Shown here piece after piece: positions 10,132-21,337 of a DNA stretch of 64,000 nt (position 1 is its first letter; every line of letters starts with the position of its first letter). The position numbers and the translations under genes were made by a program. The DNA lies in NCBI GenBank assembly GCA_963700285.1, contig CAVOXA010000022.1, positions 224,001-288,000 of the forward strand. The letters run 5' to 3'. Below the pieces are notes generated by a model. The model was not told the DNA's origin. It searched no databases and saw only the letters and a program-made list of their open reading frames with translations. The stretch comes from an uncultured Chloroflexia bacterium (lineage in GTDB: Bacteria > Chloroflexota > Anaerolineae > JAAYZQ01).

Positions 10132-11112
10132 ATGAAAGTCCGCTGGGGTGTTCTGAGTACCGCCGATATCGGCATGTCCAAGGTTCTGCCCGCCATGCAG
10201 CAGGGCGAATACATCGATCTGATGGCCATCAGTTCCCGGGACCTGGCCAGGGCCCAGGCCGCGGCCGCCCAACTGGGCATCGCCAAAGCCTACGGCTCCT
10301 ACGAGGAGATGCTGGCCGATCCCGAGGTGCAGGCCGTCTACAACCCGCTGCCCAACCACCTGCACGTTCCCTGGTCCATCAAGGCCCTGGAAGCGGGCAA
10401 GCACGTGCTCTGTGAAAAGCCCATCGGGCTCACCTCGGCCGAGGGCCAGCGACTGGTGGACGCGGCCAGGGCCTTTCCCCATCTGAAGGTGATGGAAGCC
10501 TTTATGTACCGCCACCACCCCCAGTGGGTGCGGGCCAAGGAGATCGTGCGGGAGGGCGGCGTCGGCGAGCTGCGCACCATCCAGACCTTTTTCTCCTACT
10601 TTAACGACGATCCCGGCAACATCCGCAACATGGCCGGCATTGGCGGCGGCGGGCTGATGGATATTGGTTGTTACTGCATCTCTCTGTCGCGCTATATCTT
10701 TGACGACGAGCCGCGGCGGGTCCTGGGCATCCTGGACTATGATCCCGACTTTGGTACCGACCGGGTGGCCTCGGGCATCATGGACTTTGGCCGGGGCTGG
10801 TCCACGTGGACCTGCGCGACCCAGTTGAGCGACTACCAGCGGGTCAATATCGTCGGCACGGAAGGCCGGGTCGAGATCGAGATCCCCTTCAACGCCCCGC
10901 CCGACCTGCCCACCAGGATGTGGCACCAGCGCGGCGGCGAGATCGAGGAGATTGTCTTTGGCGTCGTCGACCAGTACACCATCCAGGGCGACCTCTTTTC
11001 GCTGGCCGTACTCAACGACACCCCGGTCCCCACGCCCATCGAAGACGCCGTGGCCAACATGAAGGTCATCGAGGCCATCGTCGAGAGCGGCCAGACCGGC
11101 GCCTGGGTTTAG
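10132..11112 (+). CDS. Gfo/Idh/MocA family oxidoreductase
   Basis: VRWGVLSTA.IG, NPLPNHLH, GKHVLCEKP, GGGLMDIGCY; SD GGAGG. Confidence 0.92.
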   Translation: MKVRWGVLSTADIGMSKVLPAMQQGEYIDLMAISSRDLARAQAAAAQLGIAKAYGSYEEMLADPEVQAVYNPLPNHLHVPWSIKALEAGKHVLCEKPIGLTSAEGQRLVDAARAFPHLKVMEAFMYRHHPQWVRAKEIVREGGVGELRTIQTFFSYFNDDPGNIRNMAGIGGGGLMDIGCYCISLSRYIFDDEPRRVLGILDYDPDFGTDRVASGIMDFGRGWSTWTCATQLSDYQRVNIVGTEGRVEIEIPFNAPPDLPTRMWHQRGGEIEEIVFGVVDQYTIQGDLFSLAVLNDTPVPTPIEDAVANMKVIEAIVESGQTGAWV

Positions 11113-11257
11113 GCACTGATGCTGCGCTTCGCCTTGGTGCATCGCAAGTTCTTCCACGGTGCCTGGGGCGCCACTCCATGTGGAATGACGCCGCCAATCT
11201 GCCATTGCGAGTGCTCCATGGCACAGGGCGCCACTCTAAATGGAATGACACCTGACC

Positions 11258-11378
11258 TCGTCATTGCGAGCGGAGGCGCTTTTTGCCGGAGCAAGCAATC
11301 CCCAACTACACAAGTGGAGACTGTCACCGCGAGGCCCGTGGCGGTGCCTCGCCCCAAAGGGCGGGCCTCGCAGTGACG
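11258..11378. repeat. REP-like doublet, GTCATTGCGAG..AAGCAATC..CTCGCAnTGAC family
   Basis: GTCATTGCGAG at about 11260 pairs with CTCGCAGTGAC at about 11367; relatives at about 31250-31280 and 53930-54060. Confidence 0.55.
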
Positions 11379-11405
11379 CGGTTGGTGTCAAAAAAAGGTA
11401 GGCAG

Positions 11406-12536
11406 ATGAAAAGACGTGTTGTGGTTGGCTGCTTGTTGGTAGTACTGCTGGTGATGGCTCCGGCATGGGAGACTGCCCTGTCCGCGGGCCCGGAGCCTGC
11501 GCCGGGCAACGGCTGGCAGGCCGAGATTGTGGACGGCCAGGATAGCGACGCAGGTGCATCTACCTCGGTCGCCGTGGATAGCGCCGGGCGCCCGCGCATT
11601 TCATATTGTGCCGGCAATGAACTCAGATATGCCGCATACGATGGTGCGGTGTGGCAGATAGAGACCGTGGAGGACAATCACTGCGCGGGCACTTCGCTGG
11701 CGCTGGATGGCGCGGGCCGTCCCCACATCAGCTACTATTCTGCTGCCCTGGCCGATCTGAGGTACGCCTGGTATGACCAGGGCGGATGGCAGATTCAGGT
11801 TGTGGCTGATGAGGGCAGGGTGGGAGCTTATAGCTCGCTGGCGCTCGACCGGGCTGGCAGACCCCATATCGCCTACTGGGACGACACCCAGAAGGCCCTC
11901 AAGATCGCCCACTGGGATGGGGCTGCCTGGCAGTTCCAGGTCGTGGATGCCCAGGTCACCATCGTGGTTCCGGTTTCCCTGGTGCTGGACTCGGCGGACC
12001 GGCCGCATCTGGTCTACCGGACCCACAAGTCACCCTACACGGTCTACTATGCGCGCCACGACGGGAGCGGTTGGCAGATCGAGCCGGTCAGCGCATCGTC
12101 CACCGGCCTGTATGCCTCGCTGGCCCTGGACGCCGGCGACCGGCCCCACGTCTGCTACCAGGATTGGCACCTCAAATATGCCCATCTCGATGGTGGTACG
12201 TGGCACAGGGCGACGGTGGAGGAGGGCTTGACCGCTGGTGATTTTTGCTCTCTGGCACTGGACGAGGCCGGCCGGCCCTCCATTGCCTACGCGGACTGGG
12301 AGCCCCCCGAGCACTATGTGCATTTTGCTTACAGGGCTGGCTCAGCGTGGCAGATTGAGCGCGTGGATATGGTTGCCCAGATACCCCACCGATACGTGGA
12401 CCTCTCTCTGGCCCTGGGCCAGGACCGCCAGCCGCACATCAGCTACCACGAATTGGGCGCCTACGACCTCAAGTACGCCACCAAGGCAGTACTGCCCATC
12501 CGCCAGATCTACCTGCCGCTGATTGCAGGCCGGTAG
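11406..12536 (+). CDS. Secreted repeat protein, probable beta-propeller
   Basis: Signal peptide; about 7 repeats of W.IE.VD..G..SLALD..GRPHISY; C-terminus QIYLPLIAGR. Confidence 0.8.
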   Translation: MKRRVVVGCLLVVLLVMAPAWETALSAGPEPAPGNGWQAEIVDGQDSDAGASTSVAVDSAGRPRISYCAGNELRYAAYDGAVWQIETVEDNHCAGTSLALDGAGRPHISYYSAALADLRYAWYDQGGWQIQVVADEGRVGAYSSLALDRAGRPHIAYWDDTQKALKIAHWDGAAWQFQVVDAQVTIVVPVSLVLDSADRPHLVYRTHKSPYTVYYARHDGSGWQIEPVSASSTGLYASLALDAGDRPHVCYQDWHLKYAHLDGGTWHRATVEEGLTAGDFCSLALDEAGRPSIAYADWEPPEHYVHFAYRAGSAWQIERVDMVAQIPHRYVDLSLALGQDRQPHISYHELGAYDLKYATKAVLPIRQIYLPLIAGR

Positions 12537-12809
12537 GTGATGGTGGGAGGTCTGACCGTTCGGCCGAGGTCATCTCGAAGCCTTGTACAGGGCCAGCCCG
12601 ACAGGTTGGGGACGCCCCGAGCAGGAATTTGGCCACAATAGACGCCCGCCTGCGCGGGCATGACACACCATCTCTCCATTGCGATGCGGCTGCATTTGCG
12701 CCACGGGCCGAAAAATGGTACACTCTATGGGATCCTGCGGGATCCCACGGGATCCCGCAGGACCCCGTCTTGCGGCCATCGGCCACGGCCAGGGAGGCTC
12801 TGGGCAGAC

Positions 12810-12965
12810 ATGTCAGATCAGCGCAAGCAGGCAGCGGAGAAGCGAGAATACCCGCCGGTCTATGAAAAACTGGTGCCCATCGCGCTAGGCATCATCGCCG
12901 CGATCATTGTCTTGCTCCTGCTGATCGTCCTGGCCGTGTTGCTGGGCCTGTTCCCAGGGAGCTAG
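12810..12965 (+). CDS. Small single-pass membrane protein
   Basis: GGGAGG upstream; YPPVYEKLVPIALGIIAAIIVLLLLIVLAVLLG; upstream TGGTACACT -10-like box. Confidence 0.65.
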   Translation: MSDQRKQAAEKREYPPVYEKLVPIALGIIAAIIVLLLLIVLAVLLGLFPGS

Positions 12966-13008
12966 CACCGGGCGCACCGGCAAATTCAGATCAAGGTGAG
13001 GCGTAGAC

Positions 13009-13785
13009 ATGGGTTCTCTGAATATCCTGCTGCCACTGGCTTCGAGCATCATCAGTTTCTTCCTGGCCATCCTGCTCTTCAGGCGCTACGCCGCCCGCAA
13101 GGGGCTGCACCTGCTCCTGTGGGGCATCGGCATGGTCTTCTATGGCATCGGCGGCTTCTGCGAGGCCTACTATGGCCTGCTGGGCTGGAACGCGCTCATC
13201 TTTCGCCTGTGGTACCTGTGCGGCGCCATGCTCGTCGCCGCCTGGCTGGGCCAGGGCACGGTCTACCTGCTGGTCAGCCGCCGCTGGGCCAACGTGCTGA
13301 TGGCCATCCTGCTGCTGGCCTCGCTCTATGGCGCCTTCCGCGTCTTCACGGCCGAGCTGGACCCCGGCCTGATGACGGCCAGCGTGCACACCGGCAGCGA
13401 GTTGAGCGGCAGCGCCATCGTCACCCCCGGCGTGCGCATGCTCACGCCCTTTTTCAACCTCTATGGCACCATCACCCTGGTCGGCGGCGCGCTCTATTCG
13501 GCCTGGATCTTCTGGCGCAAGCGCGTCCTGCTGCAGCGCACCATCGGCAACATCCTCATCGCCGCCGGCGCCATCCTGCCGGCCTTTGGCGGGACTTTTA
13601 GCCGGATGGGCGTGCCCAACGCCCTCTATCTCAGCGAGCTGCTGGGCGCCATCCTGCTCTTCTTTGGCTTCCTGCGGGCCATCACGCCCATGGGCGAGTC
13701 GCTGTGGCAGACCGTCAAGGATCCCACGGTGCGTCGTGTTGTCGCGGCCTCTGCAGGGGATGGCACAGAGGAGCAGCCAGACTAG
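13009..13785 (+). CDS. Polytopic (about 7 TM) membrane protein
   Basis: Multiple hydrophobic helices, high-GC3 codon usage, SD GAGG. Confidence 0.8.
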   Translation: MGSLNILLPLASSIISFFLAILLFRRYAARKGLHLLLWGIGMVFYGIGGFCEAYYGLLGWNALIFRLWYLCGAMLVAAWLGQGTVYLLVSRRWANVLMAILLLASLYGAFRVFTAELDPGLMTASVHTGSELSGSAIVTPGVRMLTPFFNLYGTITLVGGALYSAWIFWRKRVLLQRTIGNILIAAGAILPAFGGTFSRMGVPNALYLSELLGAILLFFGFLRAITPMGESLWQTVKDPTVRRVVAASAGDGTEEQPD

Positions 13786-13856
13786 GGCCGGGCAAGAAGC
13801 TGCCGCGAGACGGGAGGCCTATTGACGCTCCGGCCTGCCCGGAGCAAGGGGGCTTG

Positions 13857-14324
13857 ATGATGGGGAAACTGGTGGCGGCGGCCTCTCTTCTTTTTCTGCT
13901 GGCGCCCATGCCCTGGGGCATTGCCCTCAACCACGAGACCCGGGAGTGCGGCGGCTTCTGGGGCGGGGACGAGTATGGCGGCTACCGCCTGCCCGAAGGA
14001 TGGGTAGCCTATTATCCCAGGCTCGGCGTCATTGAAACCGAGGTTGGGAGTTGCAACTTTCCCAGCCCGTCAGGCTACGAGCCTCCCAGCGAAGGCCGGG
14101 CCGCGGTTGCGGAAGCCTGCTGCCAGGAGCTGGGCTACACCTACGCCGGGACTCCCATTGGCGAGTCGATGGTCACACCGCTGACGTGGGGCCCGGCGCT
14201 CGTCGCCGCTCTGTCGGCGTGTGTCGTTTGCCTGGGCCTGGTGCTGGGCCTGTGCCTGATCACCGGCGGCGTTGTGCTGCTGCTCCGCCGGCGCCGCCGG
14301 AAGAAACAGGAAGAGCCAGCCTGA
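13857..14324 (+). CDS. Exported Cys-containing protein with C-terminal TM anchor and basic tail
   Basis: Signal peptide, CGGFWGGDE..CCQELGY, TM helix followed by RRRRRKK. Confidence 0.65.
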   Translation: MMGKLVAAASLLFLLAPMPWGIALNHETRECGGFWGGDEYGGYRLPEGWVAYYPRLGVIETEVGSCNFPSPSGYEPPSEGRAAVAEACCQELGYTYAGTPIGESMVTPLTWGPALVAALSACVVCLGLVLGLCLITGGVVLLLRRRRRKKQEEPA

Positions 14325-14399
14325 TGATCTGGCCTGGGGCGGCAACGATCGCCCTCCGAGGCCGGCTTGTGCCAATTCACCCTCAGAGACGCAAGATCG

Positions 14400-14632
14400 C
14401 AGGAAGGGTTGCCCGGTACCATGGTCCATCAAGCATCCGGCTTGCCGCCAGGGGCGCGCGCTATCAGTTCACCTACCGGCAGCTAAACGCCGCCGCGAAC
14501 CGCATCGCGCGCGCCATCCTGGACCGGCGGAGCACGGGCGAAGGGCCGGTCGGGGTCTTGCTCGACAACGACGCCCTGGCGGTTGCCGCCATTCTGGGCA
14601 TACTGAAGGCCGGCAAGGGCTATGTGCCCCGC
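14400..14632 (+). pseudogene. Remnant of an NRPS-type adenylation (AMP-binding) domain
   Basis: FTYRQLNAAANRIA (A1-like) and ILKAGKGYVP (A2-like), then similarity ends abruptly. Confidence 0.7.
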
Positions 14633-14985
14633 CATCGTTGCAGCGGTCACCCGCCAGAGAAGCCAATGAGCAGAGACCGCACAGGGTGGCCAGGCGCTCG
14701 CTGGGCGCGGGAAGCCGCCAGAATCTTTTTGCCGGCAAAAAGAGAATTTTGTCGCGGGGCGTAACTTCTCCTGACGGCGAGGGTTATAAGGTAAGGATCA
14801 AGGAGACTGCATCGTGCACTTGCAGCCGCTTGAGCCCATGCAGTGGCGTCGCGTCTTCGGGCCAGTAATGGCCTCAGGAGAGGAGGTGTCTACGAGCAAA
14901 TAGCCTGTCCACCAGCAACGAACGCATAGTACCCATCTATCTGTTTTGTCAATCATACTTACTATCTGCTGAAAGGAGCACAAAC

Positions 14986-15351
14986 ATGGGACCAATTCTT
15001 GCACTGGTGATCGCGATCCTGGTTAACGCACTGGTGATCTGGATCGTTTCGAAACTCAACCTGGGTCTCACGATCAAGGGCTATGTCGGCGCCATCGTGG
15101 CGGCTATCGTCATTGCCATCGTGAGCTATATCATTTTCTGGCTGCTGGGCCTGATCGGCATTACCATCGGCGGCGGCCTCCTATGGGCGATCGCCACCAT
15201 TATCATCGCGGCGGTCGTTCTGCTCATCAGCGACAAGTTCCTGCCGGGCATGGAGGTCAAGGGTTTCACCGGCGCCATCGTGGCCGCAATCGCCATGGCC
15301 GTCGTTGCCTGGCTTGTTACCTGGGTGCTGGGGCTCATCGGCCTGGCGTAA
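14986..15351 (+). CDS. Phage holin family (YvlD/4-TMS-like) membrane protein with internal duplication
   Basis: Two halves (GLTIKGYVGAIVAAIVIA / GMEVKGFTGAIVAAIAMA); SD AAGGAG. Confidence 0.75.
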   Translation: MGPILALVIAILVNALVIWIVSKLNLGLTIKGYVGAIVAAIVIAIVSYIIFWLLGLIGITIGGGLLWAIATIIIAAVVLLISDKFLPGMEVKGFTGAIVAAIAMAVVAWLVTWVLGLIGLA

Positions 15352-15556
15352 ACGATCCACTGCATTTCCTCTCCTCTGTTTACCTGTTCTCGTGACGCCC
15401 GAGGCGCTGCTCCAAAGGAGCAGCGCTTCGCACTTTGCAGTACCACTGGGTCGTGGACTTTAGGAGTGAAACACACCCCGAAGCGAGCCTTGCCAAAGGT
15501 GCTTGATGGTTGCTCTCAGTAGGGTGCAACGCATCACAGGAGATTCGATATCCGCC

Positions 15557-15910
15557 ATGAAAATCGCACCCGTCAAACCGACCATTCCTTTTGACCTGCT
15601 CGAAAAGATCGATGTCCGCGTTGGCACCATCGAATCGGTAGCAGAGGTGCCCAAATCCGACAAACTCTTGAGCCTGACCGTGGATTTCGGCGACCACAAG
15701 CGCAACATCCTGGCCGGCATGAAGCAGGAGCGCCAGGACCCCAAAGAGATCGAGGGCAGGCAGGCGCTCTTTGTCGTCAATCTGGAACCAAGAAAGATGA
15801 TGGGCCAGGTCTCGGAGGGCATGCTGTTCGACCTGGGCTATGCCGACGGCATCACGCCCGCCCTGGCCGTTCCGGAAAAACCGGTGCCCAACGGCACCAG
15901 GGCCGGGTGA
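15557..15910 (+). CDS. tRNA-binding OB-fold protein (CsaA/Trbp111-like)
   Basis: IDVRVGTI..VPKSDKLL.LTVDFG..VVNLEPRKMMG..SEGML..VPNG. Confidence 0.88.
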   Translation: MKIAPVKPTIPFDLLEKIDVRVGTIESVAEVPKSDKLLSLTVDFGDHKRNILAGMKQERQDPKEIEGRQALFVVNLEPRKMMGQVSEGMLFDLGYADGITPALAVPEKPVPNGTRAG

Positions 15911-16554
15911 CCGGTCAGAAAGCGCCGCAGATGGCCTCAAGGCTGGTGGTGATCAGCGGCGGGCCGGGCTCGGGCAAGACCACGCTGGTCGACTACCTGG
16001 GCTCGATGGGCTATGCCACCGTGCCCGAAGCCGCCATCCAGATCATCGACGAGCGCAACCAGGCACTGGGCGTGCCCGGCCAGATCGCCTGGCGGCAGCG
16101 CCATCCCAACGAGTTCCAGCGGCTTGTCGTGGAACGCCAGGTGGCCCTCGAAGCGGCCTGCCGGATAGCCGCGGGCGCGTTCGGCTTCTGCGACCGCGGC
16201 CGCCCTGATACGCTGGCCTACGCGGCGCTCGTGGGCGTAGAGCTTGACCGGGATATCAGAGCGCTCGTCGAGGGACAGCGCTATCTTCAGGTCTTTGTCC
16301 TGGACACGCTCGCCTGCTTTGAGGAGCGCCCCGCCACAGGACGAACCAGCGACCGCCAGCGCTCGGTGCGCATTCGCGACCTGCTGGAGGCGGCCTACCG
16401 CTCCCTCGGCTACGCGCCCTGTCGCGTGCCGGAGCTGTCCATCGCGGCTCGGGCCAGCTTGGTCCTGTCCAAACTCGGCGCGGATCCCCCGGCGCAAAAG
16501 CCCCTGTCCGGCGGGCGGCGGTACCCACCGGAGGCTTTGAGTTCCCATGACTGA
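15907..16554 (+). CDS. AAA_28/NadR-like P-loop ATPase
   Basis: VVISGGPGSGKTTL, VPEAA, FCDRG..D; overlaps the upstream stop (GTGA). Confidence 0.82.
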   Translation: MTGQKAPQMASRLVVISGGPGSGKTTLVDYLGSMGYATVPEAAIQIIDERNQALGVPGQIAWRQRHPNEFQRLVVERQVALEAACRIAAGAFGFCDRGRPDTLAYAALVGVELDRDIRALVEGQRYLQVFVLDTLACFEERPATGRTSDRQRSVRIRDLLEAAYRSLGYAPCRVPELSIAARASLVLSKLGADPPAQKPLSGGRRYPPEALSSHD

Positions 16555-16801
16555 ACCTGTTCTAGCAATCAAGGCCACCGATCTGGCCAAACGCTACGGC
16601 CCGCCCGATTCAGGCCAACTGGCGGTCGATTTTCCGATGATGTTTCTGGGGGGCGTTTTTGTACCGGTGGCGTCGCTGCCTCCGGGCCTGCGCGTCGTGG
16701 CCCGCCTCCTGCCCCTGACCTATGCCGTCGAAGCGCTGCGCGCGGCCCTGGCCGGCGGCCCGCCGCATGACCTAGGCCGCCCCGGCCGCCAGGGCGATTG
16801 A
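16547..16801 (+). pseudogene. Deletion chimera of an ABC ATPase N-terminus and an ABC-2 permease C-terminus
   Basis: AIKATDLAKRYG...LAVD joined directly to FPMMFLGGVFVPVASLP..LLPLTYAVEALR. Confidence 0.7.
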
Positions 16802-16939
16802 CTACAACGAATTGAGAAAAGAGCGAATTTGCACTCTTCCGTGCTAGCACCGGCTCTTCCAGGCCGGTGCGATACAAACGGTCTCCACCAGATCTGGCCT
16901 CCATTCCAGACCTGTGGTATAATCAACCCACCGCAAGCG

Positions 16940-16998
16940 CCCGTTCGTAGTGCGCGCTTCAGCGCGCTTCCTGCTGCCAGGAACCCCACCACGAACCC
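16940..16998. repeat. Single GTAG-type REP element
   Basis: CCCGTTCGTAGTGCGCGCTTCAGCGCGC...CACGAACC, same family as the 22.7 kb and 55.6 kb arrays. Confidence 0.7.
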
Positions 16999-17066
16999 AC
17001 ACTGCGGCCAACCGGCACCGGGCGCGGGCGGCCGGCAGCCCGCCCGGACCAAACAGGAGCGAGAGG

Positions 17067-20000
17067 ATGACCCCAACCCTCCGTCTGGAGATGACCGACT
17101 ACCTGGACGCCACCCGCTGGCGCTGGATACTGACCGACAGCAGCGGCACGTACCTGGCCGACCACGAGGTGCGCCTGGACCCCACCAGCCGCGAGTACGG
17201 CGGCTTTCTCGATCTGAGCGGGTACCTGGACTACCACCAGCCCATCTCCACCGCCTGAGGAACAACTGGCCACCCTGGGCGCCTGGATCGGCGAGCAGGT
17301 CTTTGGCGACCTGCGGCCGGCCCTGTGGCAGAACCGGAGCCGACCGGCCGTGGCGGTGCGGGTGTCGCTGCCCGACGCGGCCCACGGTCTGCTGCTGCGC
17401 CCCCTGGAGCTGGCCTGTTTCGCCGATGGCACCAGCTTTCGGGCGGCGGGCATACGCTTCGTCTACCAGGTCGGGACCGCGCCGGCCCGCCGCCAAAGAC
17501 CCGGTGGGGCAAAGCCTGCGCATCCTGGCCGCCTTCAGCCTGCCGGTGCGGGCCAACCCCCTCAACCTGCGCCGCGAGCGCTACGGCCTGCAATGCCTGG
17601 TGCGCGAGCTGAACCAGACGCGGGGCCTGGCCATCGAGCTGCGGGTGCTGCATTACGGCGCGACGCGCCAGATCCTGCGCGACGCCCTGCTGGAGGCCGA
17701 GGGCTGGGACGTCGTCCACCTGTCGGGCCACGGCCGGAGAGGCGAGCTGCTGCTGGAGGACGAGCAGGGCGGCAGCGACACGGTCGGCCGCGAGGAGCTG
17801 GGCGCGCTGCTGGACCCGGCGCGGGCGCGGCTCAAGCTGCTGATCCTGGACGCCTGCTACAGCGGCGCCGGCAGCCACGCCGCGGCCCGGGCCCAGGTGG
17901 GCCTGGACCAGGACCCCCGGCGCCAGGAGGGCGCCGAGGGGGAGGCGGTGGAGGCCACCGCGCCCACCCTCCTGCCGGGCCTGGCCCAGTCCCTGTCGCA
18001 GCGGCTGGACTGCGCCACGCTGTCGATGCGCTACCCGGTGGGCGACGGCTTTGCCACCGACCTGATGCTGTCGCTGTACGACAAGCTGCTGGACCGGGGC
18101 CAGCCCCTGCCCGCGGCCCTGCAGGTGGCCCTGGACGAGGCCCTGGCGGCCGGCGGGCACCCATCGCCCCTGTCGGCGGCCACGCCCATCCTGGTGGGCC
18201 GGCAAGCGGCCGGCCTGGACCTGGCGCCGCCGGAGCGGGCGGCCGGGGGTTTTGTCCTGCCCGCCGTCGGCCTGGGCATCGCCTTCCCGCCCGAGCCGGA
18301 GCGCTTTGTGGGCCGCCTGCAGCCCATGCTGCGCGCCAGCCAGGCGCTGGCCCCGCGCAGCCCGGTACGGGGCGTGCTCCTGTACGGCATGCCCGGGGCG
18401 GGCAAGACGACCTGCGCCCTGGAGCTGGCCTACCGCCACGCCGAGGGCCGCTTCCGGGGCTATGTCTGGTACCGCGCCCCCGAGGCGGGCAGCGACATCT
18501 CGTCCGAGCTGTTCAACGTCCTCTTTGAGATCGAGCGCCAGCTCAACGCCCCCGGCCTGGGGCTGACCACGGCCCTGGACGATCCCCAGCGCTTCCGGGC
18601 CTTTACCCTGCCCCGGCTGCGCGCCCTGTTGGGCCAGAACTCGCTGCTGCTGGTGCTGGACAACCTGGAGACGCTGCTGGCCGCCAGCAACGCGTGGCGC
18701 GACCCGCTGTGGGGCGATTTCGTGGCGGCGCTGCTGGGCCACGACGGCCCCTCGCGGGTGGTCATTACCTCGCGGCGCTGTCCGGAGGGCATGGTGGACC
18801 ACCCGCGCCTCCAATCCGAGGCCATCCACGCCCTGAGCTTCGCCGAGAGCGTGCTGCTGGCCCGCGAGCTGCCCAACCTGGGGCGCCTCTTTGACGACGA
18901 GGCCGGGCTGGCGCTGCTGCGCGAGACGCTGCGCCTGGCCCAGGGCCACCCCAAGCTGCTGGAGCTGGCCGGCGGCCAGGCGGCCGACCGGGCGGCGCTG
19001 GCGGCGCGGGTGGCCGCGGCCGGCGACGAGCTGGCCGACCGGGCCGAGGTGCTGGACGCCTTTTTCGCCGTGGACGTGCCGCGCGAGGGCGAGACCCGGC
19101 AGGAGGACGAGGACTTTGTGGCCGCGCTGCGGGAGCTGGACCGGGCGGGTGGCCGGCGGCCTGCCGCCCGCGGCCGGGCTGCTGCTGGCCTTCCTCTGCC
19201 GGCTGGAGCCCGAGGACCGGCAGCGTCAGATCGTGGAGGCCAACTGGCAGGACTTTTTGACGCGGCTGGGCGAGGGGCACGCCGCCGCCGTGGCGGCCCG
19301 GGCCGAGCCGGAATTGGGGCTGCCGGCGGCGCTGGCGGCGCTGGAGCGCGCGGGCCTGGTGGCGGTGGTGCACCCGGAACTGGACCCGGCGCAGGTGGCG
19401 AGGCTGGCCGCGGCGCTGGCCGGGGGTGCCGGGGACCTGGACCCCGCGGCCCTGCCGGGGCTGCTGGCCGGCTTTATGGCGGGGGCGGCGACCTACACCA
19501 TCCACCCCGGCGTGGCCGAGGCCGCCCGGGCCGGGGCCGGGCCGGGCCTGCTGGACGCCGCCGACGTCGAGCTGGGGGACTTCCACGTGGCCATGTTCAT
19601 GCAGGCACTGGAGCGGGAGATGGAGGGCCAGGGCGGGGTGGTGGTCGCCAGCGCCCGCCGCGCCGCGCCCTACCTGCTGCGCCAGGCGCGCTGGGAGGAG
19701 GCGTCCACCCTGCTGGAGCGGATGCTCCAGCGCGACAGCAGCCCGGCCAGCCTGGCCTTCGCCCTGCCGCTGCTGCGCCGCATCGCCGCGGCCACGGAGG
19801 GCACCGAGCGGGAGTTGATCGACGCCGGCGTCCTGGCCAGGGCGCTGTGGCAGGCCGGCCGCACCGCCGAGGCGGAGCAGATGCTGCGCGACCTCGTCGC
19901 CCGGGCCGCCGCGCAGGGCGAGTACCGCACCGCCTCGGCATCTGCCGGCGACCTGCTCAACCTGCTCCTGAGCAGCGGCCGGCTGGCCGAGGCGCTGGCC

Positions 20001-21325
20001 GCCGCCGGGGAGATGGCCGGCTACACCCGCCAGGCCGGGCTGGGGCCCTGGACGCAGTTGGCCGACGAGGGCATGCGCCTGCAGGTGCTCAACGCCATGG
20101 GCCGCTACGACGAGGTGCTGGCCGCGGTGGAGGCGCTGCGGCCGGGGATGGAGGCGCTGCCCCTGGAGAGCGAGGCCGAGGAGACGGCCAACCCCTGGAA
20201 CGTGCGCGAGGGGCTGCTGGACACCGGCCGCGCGGCTGCCGTGCGCAGCGAGCGCTGGGAGGCGGCGCTGGCGCTCAACGCCGAGATGGTGGAGGTCACC
20301 AGAGGCGCGGGGCGCCGGCGCGCTGGAGCTGGCCCGCGCCCGCTTCAACGACTACGGCCCCCTGCTGCGCCTGAGACGCTACGCCGAGGCGCGCGCCCTG
20401 CTCCTGGAGTGCCGGGCCGTCTTTGAGGAGGAGCGGGACGTCGCGATGCTGGGCAAGGTCTACGGCGCCCTGGCCGACCTGGAGGACAAGACCGGGGACC
20501 GGGCCGCGGCCGTGCGCTTCGAGGAGGTCGCCCTGGGGTTCACGTACCAGGCCGGCGATCCGGAGGACTGCGCCATCAGCCACAACAACCTGGCCAACTA
20601 CCTGGAGCGCCAGGGCGCCGATCCGGCTGCCGTCCTGGCCCAGCGCCTGGCCGCGGCCGTCATCTGGCTGCAGATGCAGTCTGGCCGGCTTCGCCACCAC
20701 CCTGCGCAATCTGGCCCGTTCCGATCTGCCGCCCGCGCCGCCCCCCTTCGCCGCCGTCGTCGCAGGCGTGGAGGCCGTGGAGGGCGTGCGCTTCCGGGCG
20801 CTGTTCGAGCGCCTGCCCCGCACCGCCCCCGACGGCGACGCCGCCCTGGCCGCCGTGTGGCAGATGGTGGCGGAGGAGAAGGGGCGCAGGCAGCGACAGG
20901 AGGCCGTGCTGGCCTCGCTGCCCGCCGCCGTCCGGGCCGCCTTTGAGCTGGAGGATGAGGCCTTCCGCGCTGCCCTGCGTGCAGCGCTGGACGATCTGCC
21001 CGAGGAGGAGGCGGAGGCTGTTGTACAGCAACTGCGAGAGGCGGGCTTGATCGGCGGTTCAGGCGGGCCGGACATGGCGCGGGTGCTGCGCGAGTTCGAG
21101 CCGCTGCTGCGGGGCATCGCCGCCGCGGCGGGCGACGAGGGCCTGCGGGACGACATCGAGCCCGCACTGGCGCAAGTGGAGGAGAACGGCTGGATGCTGA
21201 GGGACGCTGCCCATCGCATCTGGGCCGGCGAGCGGGACCCGGCGGCCCTCACCGCGGGCCTGGACGAGCAGGACAGCGCGCTGGTGCGCCGCGTGCTGGA
21301 CCTGCTGGCCGATCCCTCGTCGTAG
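17067..21325 (+). CDS. CHAT (caspase-like) protease - NB-ARC/STAND NTPase - TPR protein, with about 5 frameshifts in this assembly
   Basis: ATG 17067 after AGGAG/GAGG; CHAT motifs VHLSGHG and LDACYS; FVGR, Walker A GMPGAGKT, Walker B LLVLDNLE, VVITSR, GHPKLLEL; TPR-like helices (AISHNNLANYL). Frame changes near 17250, 17490, 19135, 20300 and 20685. Confidence 0.85.
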
Positions 21326-21337
21326 GGCGTCCTGGAC

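Noticed and set aside
14986-15351. Prophage inferred from the holin-family gene
   Set aside because: There are no phage structural, lysis or integrase genes nearby, and this family is common in chromosomes.
16829-20374. 1181-aa ORF taken as a complete protein
   Set aside because: Only about 17490-19135 is the true frame; the Arg/Gly/Pro-rich ends are off-frame products of indels.
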